A stretch of DNA of 64,000 nt from a bacterium. GTDB lineage: Bacteria > Patescibacteriota > Dojkabacteria > SC72. The stretch's first letter is position 1. Every line of letters begins with the position of its first letter. This document shows positions 35,808 through 44,400 of this stretch, piece by piece. The stretch is taken from NCBI GenBank assembly GCA_021463465.1, contig JAJTYH010000003.1:351942-415941 (forward strand). Direction: 5' to 3'. Position numbers and translations under genes: made by a program. The notes below the pieces were generated by a model that was not told where the DNA came from, searched no databases, and saw only the letters and a list, made by a program, of their open reading frames with translations.

Positions 35808-37067
35808 ATGACAGGCGAATGGTTCGGAATATTTAGGAATTTAGCTCTCATCTTCGCAAATTTAATGCTTGTTAAGTACTTTATTTTCTTACTACTTGCA
35901 CCAATCTATAGAATACAAGAATTGATTAGGAGAAGGAGAACAGAATCCAACGCTCCCTCAAAACCTTACCTAGTATCAGTAGTTATACCTGCCTGGAATG
36001 AAGAAGTTGGAGTTTTAAAAACTGTTAGGACTGTTTTAAACAATACTTACGAAAATGTTGAGATTGTAATTATAAATGATGGATCAACTGATGACACCTC
36101 GGGAAAAGTTCGCGCATTTATTAAGCTTTTTAGGAGACTTAAAGTATTCCATCCATGGAGGAGAAAAAGAATCAAGTTCATAGATTACAAGCGCAACGGT
36201 GGAAAAGGAAAGGCATTAAATAAAGGAATAGAAAACTCAACTGGTGAAATTGTGCTGACTATTGATGCGGACTCAGTTTTAGAAAGAAATGCAATTGAAA
36301 ATTTAGTAAGGTATTACTACGATGATAAGATTGATGGAGTTGTTGGTAATGTAGTAGTCGCCAATTCCAGGTCAATTATCGGTATAACACAGAAGCTTGA
36401 GTACATGTTTGGGTTCTACTTTAAAAGATCTCATGCTGTCATGGGTGCGGAGTATATTTTTGGTGGAGCTTGTGCATCTTTTAGGCGTAAGGTATTTAAA
36501 AAAATCGGATTATATGATGAGAAAAATAAAACTGAAGATATTGAGATGACAATGAGATTTCGTTTCCATGGGTATAATTGTACATATGCAGAGGATGTGG
36601 TTTGTTTTACTGAAGGTGCTTCAGATGTAGTTGGTCTCATAAGACAAAGAGAAAGGTGGAAAAAAGGACGAATGGATACTTTTATAAAATATAGAAATAT
36701 GTTCTTTAGCACTGACAAAAAACATAATAAACCTCTAACCTTCTTTGTTCTCCCGTTTGCATTATTGTCTGAATTTCAACTGTTACTTGAACCAATATCT
36801 ATTGCACTGTTAATAACTTATTCTTTTGTGGCGCTAGACTTTCTTTCTTTAGCCTTCGGGATTCTGTTTACTTTTGTACTTTACTTAGTGAATGGCATTT
36901 TTAGTGGCAAGGGAATAAATTTAAAGTTACTGATACTATTCCCTTTTACATGGCCTTTCTTTTATTTTCTTATATGGATAGAATTTGTAGCGCTGATTGG
37001 AAGCGTTACTATGGTCTTAAAGGGACAAGAGATTGTGTGGCAAAAGTGGGATAGAAAAGGGATTTAA
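35808..37067 (+). CDS. processive family-2 glycosyltransferase (polysaccharide synthase with QxxRW)
   Basis: GT-A core VVIPAWNEE...IINDGSTDDT, DxD in TIDADSV, and the processive-synthase motif QRERW (QRERWKKGR). TM helices flank both ends. Confidence 0.85.
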   Translation: MTGEWFGIFRNLALIFANLMLVKYFIFLLLAPIYRIQELIRRRRTESNAPSKPYLVSVVIPAWNEEVGVLKTVRTVLNNTYENVEIVIINDGSTDDTSGKVRAFIKLFRRLKVFHPWRRKRIKFIDYKRNGGKGKALNKGIENSTGEIVLTIDADSVLERNAIENLVRYYYDDKIDGVVGNVVVANSRSIIGITQKLEYMFGFYFKRSHAVMGAEYIFGGACASFRRKVFKKIGLYDEKNKTEDIEMTMRFRFHGYNCTYAEDVVCFTEGASDVVGLIRQRERWKKGRMDTFIKYRNMFFSTDKKHNKPLTFFVLPFALLSEFQLLLEPISIALLITYSFVALDFLSLAFGILFTFVLYLVNGIFSGKGINLKLLILFPFTWPFFYFLIWIEFVALIGSVTMVLKGQEIVWQKWDRKGI

Positions 37068-37069
37068 AA

Positions 37070-38332
37070 ATGAATCAACATACCAAAAAAATTAAAAATA
37101 GTTCGATAATATTTATCTTACTTATAACCATAGGCGTTTTTGTTACATTAGGAAGCCTAAGTGGTAATTACGGCTATTTAACTAATGTTCAAAAAACATT
37201 TAGCTCAACTACTTTGAGCCTACTACATCGTCTATTACCTTTTTTAAATAAACAGGCAAATGACCCTAGTATTTTAGAGCCTATTGCTTCAACGCCAGAA
37301 GTGAAATGTAGTAGCAAAAAGCCTATCTTAGGACTAAATGAATCCAAAGACTCAACTTTAAAACGACTTGGAGAGCTCCAGCAAATTTGTGAATCGTTCG
37401 CGACAGACACACAGATGATATTTACAAATATGCCCAATAGTGAAATTAATGCGAGTCGACTTGGGTTAGCCGTTGCAACTAAACTCAAAGAGTTTAGTAA
37501 GTTTGGTGTCCGGCCCCTGGTAATAGTCGAACCAGTGACCGAATGGGGGCCAATTGATTTTGAAGAGTTTAATAGTGGATTTTATAATAAATGGATAGAG
37601 TCATTCTTTGTTAAGCTTAAGAATGAAGGGGTTGGTCAGGGCGATATGGGTATATGGGTACCTTTTCCTGAAGCTAACCTCCCTTATTGGAATAGAGGGT
37701 CATCAAAACCAGAGTTGTTTGGAGAGAATGTGATGATATATTTTAAACTCTTAAGAAAGTACTATCCAACTACTGAAAGGTCTATCCTTCTAAATTCAGT
37801 TTCTTATGCTGCGGATGACGAAAATTGGGAGGATGGTCGTTATACTAGTCTTCTTCCGTATGTCAAAACGTTAAAGCCTGGTAGTGTTGATAGTTTCGGT
37901 ATACAGGGATTCCCGTGGAGATCTCCAAAGAGTGAGAAAAATCCCGTCTATATTTATGATCCGCTTGAGTTTATCAACCCTAGTTTAGCTGTAGAGGCGG
38001 CAAAGTTCTTACATGTTAAAAAAATATGGATAAATACTGGAACATTTAGGGCAAAGTTTACAAATGACCCTGGTGAGTTGGTAACTGAGCCTCCAAATTT
38101 GCGTGCGGAGATATTAAATGAGATTCTAAACCAAGCTGACATTTTGAAAAAAGATGGGTTTGATGTTGCAATCAATATCTTTGCTGAAAATAAAACTGAA
38201 ACAAATGAAGCCACTGACTGGTCGTATTGGGGCAAAAAAGTAACGGAAGCAGATAAACATTCGGAGATATTCAAAGATTTTATCAGCAAATTAAGTGAAA
38301 AAGAAATAGGCTTTTGGTTTTTTGATAGATAA
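37070..38332 (+). CDS. exported hypothetical protein, possibly a TIM-barrel glycoside-hydrolase-like partner of the synthase
   Basis: N-terminal TM/signal, 420 aa. The functional guess rests only on context and weak motifs (e.g. NIFAEN). Confidence 0.35.
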   Translation: MNQHTKKIKNSSIIFILLITIGVFVTLGSLSGNYGYLTNVQKTFSSTTLSLLHRLLPFLNKQANDPSILEPIASTPEVKCSSKKPILGLNESKDSTLKRLGELQQICESFATDTQMIFTNMPNSEINASRLGLAVATKLKEFSKFGVRPLVIVEPVTEWGPIDFEEFNSGFYNKWIESFFVKLKNEGVGQGDMGIWVPFPEANLPYWNRGSSKPELFGENVMIYFKLLRKYYPTTERSILLNSVSYAADDENWEDGRYTSLLPYVKTLKPGSVDSFGIQGFPWRSPKSEKNPVYIYDPLEFINPSLAVEAAKFLHVKKIWINTGTFRAKFTNDPGELVTEPPNLRAEILNEILNQADILKKDGFDVAINIFAENKTETNEATDWSYWGKKVTEADKHSEIFKDFISKLSEKEIGFWFFDR

Positions 38333-38434
38333 CCTTCTACTGCGATTTGAACCTATAATAATTGTTATAGGTCTTTTAGTAGGCCCTTATAAGTATTAAA
38401 ATTCATTAACAATTTAAATTTTAGCAACCGGTCA

Positions 38435-41400
38435 ATGCTAAGAAAGTTATTTAAACTCCCCAAGAGATATTTTTCTCGATTTATTTCTATTTATCTTGCA
38501 CTTTATCTTACAGTAAGTCCTGCATTAGCCTTCGCAACTACGGAAGGGCTTTTGGTGGATGAAGGCGCTCAAAGTACACCTGTAGTAGCGGAAGAAGAGA
38601 CGGTGCAGACTCCTGAGCCCACAGTCGAAGAAGAATCATCAGAAGTTACGCCTGAACCAGAAGTTGAACCTGAGGTTGTACCGGAGCCAAAGGTAGATGA
38701 ACCTGAAAATGATGAGGTTGATGTAGACGTAGTTAAGTCAGCGGATGGCGAACTTGAAGTTGGTGTGATTGAAACTACACAGTGTTTGGAAAACTCTCTC
38801 AACCCTTGTATTGGAACAGATAAGGAAGATTACGCACCGCATGAGGTAGTTACGTTGAGAGGCCATGGTTACTTACCAGAAAGTCGATACCTACTCATTA
38901 TTACTTCAGCTAATCAACCTCCTGTACGTTTTGAAGCTGAAATTATTACAAACAGCATTGGTGGTTTTAATTACAGTTATCAATTGGATGGTAGATATCG
39001 TCCTGATTACGCAGTAGAGGTTAGGAGTTTGCTCGGTGATATTATTGCAACAGATACATTTACTGATAGTCGTACTATCAATTCTGCTACAGTGAACGGC
39101 GTTGCGAGTATAACCGTCGCTCAGGGTACAACAATATTAGGTGGGGTTAACGTTTCTACAAATGGAAGTGGAAATAATGATGATTGGGCAAGTACGGGAT
39201 GGAGAATCTCTACAAGTGCTCCTGGTGGAGTTAGTTGTGATAATTTCGAGCCCGACATTACCGACGATGTAATGGGTGCTACTAAAGCCTTTAATATGAC
39301 AGCTCCTAATACACCAGGTATTTATAATGCATACTTTATTGCTTACAACAACGATAGTTGTAGCGGTGGAGCAAGTGCAGTCTACGTTCTTGAAAATGCT
39401 GTTACAGTGACAGGACCTGATCTTACAATTTCAAAAAGCAATGATGTAGGAGGTGTTGTAAATGTTGGAGGCTCATTTAACTGGATTATTACGGTTAAAA
39501 ATGAAGGGACTTCATCTGCCATCTTTAACAATGAAGATATTTTGTCGGACTCATTACCAAATGATGGGGTATCGTTTGTTGATACAAGTGATTTGGTAGT
39601 AACAACTGCGGGGGGAGTAACTGGTTCTATTGATTGCGATATTAACAGTAGTACACTTGTTTGCGACGATAACAGCGGTGGCTCTACAGTTGTAATTCCT
39701 GCTGGCGGTTCGTTTACTGTTACAGTCGAAGTGATTGCAAATGAAATTAGAACTTTATCTAACCCAAGAAAAGGTGGAAAGTGTGAAGTTGACCCAAATG
39801 AAGAAGTCGCTGAACAAAATGAGCATAATAATAAGTGTAATGACTCAGTGAAAGTTAACCCAGATACTGGAGTTACTAATCCACCGTTAGGACAATTTTG
39901 TGGCTTAGACATTGCTCTTGTTCTTGATAATTCTACAAGTATAAGCTCAGGAGAGTTGACTCAGATGAAAGCTGCAATGACTGCGTTTACATCCGCATTC
40001 AATGGTACACCTACCGAGTTTTCCGTCTCAAGATTCGCCACTACTGCATCGGTCGTTCAATCATTTACTTCCAATATAACTGCAGTTAACGCTGCAATTA
40101 ATGGAATTCCTTCAGGCGGAGGGTATACAAACTGGGAAGATGGTTTATTTAAAGGTCAAAGTACTTTGACAAATAGACCTACATACCCTGATTTGATGAT
40201 TTTTGCTTCCGATGGTAATCCAAATAGGGTTGATAACGGTACAGATGCAAGTGAGTCGCAAGCAGTAAGCGAAGCTAAAATCATTGCAAATAACATAAAA
40301 ACTGCAGGGGTGAGGATACTTGCACTTGGGATAGGTGATGAGCTGGATACACCTAATCTACAGACTATCTCTGGTAATAATGTTAATACTGGTATTAGTT
40401 CTGATGTTATAACTTCGGACTTCGCGACCCTTGCTGCCGATTTAGCTGATTACGCTATTCAACTTTGTGGAGGAACTATTAATGTAAAAAAATTGGTTGA
40501 CGGTAATCCTGCTGCTAACTGGGTATTTACTATTGATGGTGATCAGCATATTACAGGAGCTGATGGCTTTATCCCTTCAGTTGAAGTAGATAATGGTACT
40601 TACAGTGTAGTTGAGACTCCAAAGAATGGATTTACATTCCAATCTGCCGTTTGTACGATCAACAATCAGTCAGTAGGTTCACCGATTACTAATGGCGTAG
40701 GAGCAATCTCAGTAGATTCAAACGATATTGTGACCTGTACATTTAACAATATTACGAACGCATTCTGTGGCGATGGAGTTGTGAACCAGCAGTCCGAGCA
40801 GTGTGACAGTGGAGCTTCCAATGGTATTGCTTGTACTCCAACTTATGCTAACAGCTGTAATTACTGTAGTAACACCTGTCAAACCGTGAATATTCATGGG
40901 CCATACTGTGGTGATGGAATCAAGAATGGTCCTGAGCAGTGTGATGGCTCAGATGGTGTATCTGGGTCTGATTTCGCATGTACACAGAGTTGTGAGTTGG
41001 ATTTGGTTGAAAAGAAAGTAATGATCTGTCATGCGACAAGTAGTAATACTAATCCTTATGTCTCTAATGAACCTGCTAAATCAGCTGATGTAGCGGGTCA
41101 TGATGGCCATAATGGACCAGTTTGGTCTGCAGGAATTGATGGCGATTGGGGAGATATTATACCTCCGTTTAATTATGTAGGAGGTTCATATCCAGGCAAG
41201 AACTGGACAGCTGAGGGTCAAGCGATTTGGAATAATCAATGCGAAATTGAAAAGGGAACTATTGTTGTACAAAAGACCACTGTACCAGCAGGCAATCAAA
41301 CCAACTTTGATGTTTCTATAACTGGGGATGGATATATTTTTGAAAATGATAAAGGTACTGTAAGTGATTCACAGGATCACTCATTTATCGTTGAACCAGG

Positions 41401-44400
41401 AACTTATTCAGTTGAAGAGGATGCGGTTTCAGGCTGGGAAATTACGGGCAATACCTGTGATGATGTTACAGTTGCAAACGGAGAGACTAAGTATTGCCAG
41501 ATTACTAACACTAAAGTAACTGATGTGTCAATCACAAAATCGGACACACCTGATCCAGTATTAACTGGTGGTTTGTTGACTTATATTGTGACGATTGAGA
41601 ATGAAAGTGATACTAATGCAGAGAATGTTGTAGTAACCGATAACCTTCCTGCCGCATTTATGGCCATTTTCTCGGTAATACCAAGTCAGGGTTCATGTTC
41701 AGATACAACCCTTCCTTCTCCTGTGGTTTGTGAACTTGGAACTTTAGCTGCAGATGCCAGTGCCACAATTGAAATTAAAGGCTTAGCTTTTGGCATAGGA
41801 AGTATTGAGAATAATGCTTCAGTTACAACTTCGACTTACGAGATTGATTTGAAAGATAACACTACCGTTGAGGATACGACTATTGTAGATCAACCATCAG
41901 CGTGTGTTGAAGGCCAGAGATGGGCTAGTAGTGTAGTGAGTGCTTCGCAAGGTTTGCAAAAAGATGGATCGACCGTACTTTTGTCCCGCAGTGTACCTGC
42001 GAGTGCGATTGGTTTACCTGATGCTGCCACTAATCCTGATACAGGCTTTTATAGTTTAGGTAAGGGTGGTTCTATCGTGGTGGCGTTCACCTCACCAGTT
42101 GTTAACGGTGAAGGTACAGACATTTCAATTCATGAAGTGACTAATGGAAGAGAGAATTACCCTGAAGAAACCGCAAGTGTAGAGGTCAGTACGGACAATG
42201 GAGGAAGCTGGCACAATGTAGGTAGTGCATCAAGTTTGTCCACTAATGGTGTGACTTTGATTGATATAGCACCTTACACAGGTGTAACGCATGTTAGAGT
42301 GACTGATACTACTAACTTTAACCTCAATCCAAATTCGAATGCTGATGGATTTGATTTGGACGCAGTTGATGTCGACTGTAAGGCTTCTATAACCGTGATT
42401 AAAGATGTTGATATCAATGGTGATGGACAAGTTGATAAGACTAATTCTACTGATTGGGCTTGGGATATCAATGGAAGTGGTAATTATGAGACTGGAAGCA
42501 AAGTAGATGTCCAACCTGGATCATATGTGATTTCTGAAAGCCAGAAGCCTTCATACCATGTAGTTTCCTTAGTTTGTGGTCAGACTAACTACGGTGCAGT
42601 TGAGAGTCAGCAGATAAGCGTCTCGGAAGGTGAAGAACTTACTTGTACTTTTACTAACAGTGTCGATACTGGTTCTGTGAAAGTTAACAAGAGAGTTGAT
42701 CTAAATGGTGATGGAGTGTGGGGAGGTGGAAATGAGAATAGTAAGGCATATATCAGCTCCCTTGGATTTAGCTGGACTTTAGATGCAGTTGGTTCAATTA
42801 ACTTCGGCGATACCGTTACTCCTGTAATCACAGGTGCTCATCAAGTGAATGAGAATAGTCTCGAAGGCTACCACTTTGTTGCATGGTATGTAACGGGTGA
42901 AGAGGGACGTTCATGCACAAATCCTAATGGAACAACCGTACCTGTTGATATTAATGTCGTGAAGAACTCAACAGCTGAAATCACTTTGTGTAATGCAAGG
43001 GATATGGGTCAAATTACTATTGTTAAGGATTCAGTTAACAATGATGGAAAAGACTTTAACTTTTCAACTAGTACTTTGGGGTCATTTATATTAGATGATG
43101 ATGGTAATAATGGAAATCAGCACTCAAATACCAAAGTGTTCAATGTACCTTCGGGAGCATATTGGGTACGTGAGAATAGTGCCTCGGGCTGGAAACTGAC
43201 TGATTTGGTTTGTATCGGAGATGACAATTCTGTTGTTGATATCGAAAATCGAAGAGCTGATTTAGACCTAGATTTGAATGAAAATATTACCTGTACCTTT
43301 ACCAATACTAAGTTAGCAGAGATCAAGGGAACGAAGTTCAACGATCGAAACGGTGATAATCACCAAAGCTTACTCTCAGGAGAGACTTGGATGAACGGCT
43401 GGAAGATTTTTATTGATGAAAATCACAATAGCAGTTATGACACTGGAGAACTTACAGATACAACCAGTGGTTGGTTCTTTATGGATTTAGGAAAGTATGA
43501 TTTCGAGGGTTTGTTACCGGGAACTTATACGGTTTGTGAACAAATGCAAGAAGGTTGGTATGCCTCAGGTCCAGTCTGTCGTGAGATATTACTTGAGCCA
43601 GGTGATAGGAAAGAGGTGAATTTCGGTAATCACCAATCGCTAAGAATTATCGCTTCAAAGATTGTCTGTAACAGTGAAGATGACTTACCTAACTGGGGAA
43701 GTGGAGCAGGTAATATCAATTCAAATACTGCAACCAATTTCGTTGCGAATAACCCAGATTGTCAGTTAGTTTCTGACTGGCAGTTCCAGTGGGGATATGA
43801 TGGTGAAGTAGATAAGTACGGTAATGGAGACCAGTTAGGTTTGGCTCCGGAACCATGGCAGATTCTTGGATCGACGGATGCTAGTGGTGTAGCTGACATT
43901 GAGATTATGACAACTCCTGAAGGAAAAGGACTTAGTAACTTGTGGGTACGTGAGAGTTTAATGCCAGGGTATGTGGCATTCAGTTATCCACCAGCACAAC
44001 CTGAAGAAAATCCATACTCGGCTGAAATGTATTGTCACAAAGATGTCCTTTATTATGACAATTTTGATCGAATTGAAGAGGTAAAGTTTGGTGAGACCTA
44101 TTACTGTGTAGCCTTCAATGCTCTAAAGACTGGTGATATCACCGTTACTAAAGAGGTTGTAGATCCAGATGGTAATCCAGTTGAAGATACATCTACTCTC
44201 TTTACAGTGAATCTTAATGAAAGCAATCCACAACAGCTTACTGATGGTCAGTCAGTGGTTTACGGTGACTTGCCAATCGGTACATATACCGTGACTGAGG
44301 ATCCATCCGGAAACTATACTTTTGATAGTTTCGAAGGGGATGAAAATAGCGAAATAGAAGGAGCGCAGGTTACGGTTACTGAGGAAGGTAATACTAATGT

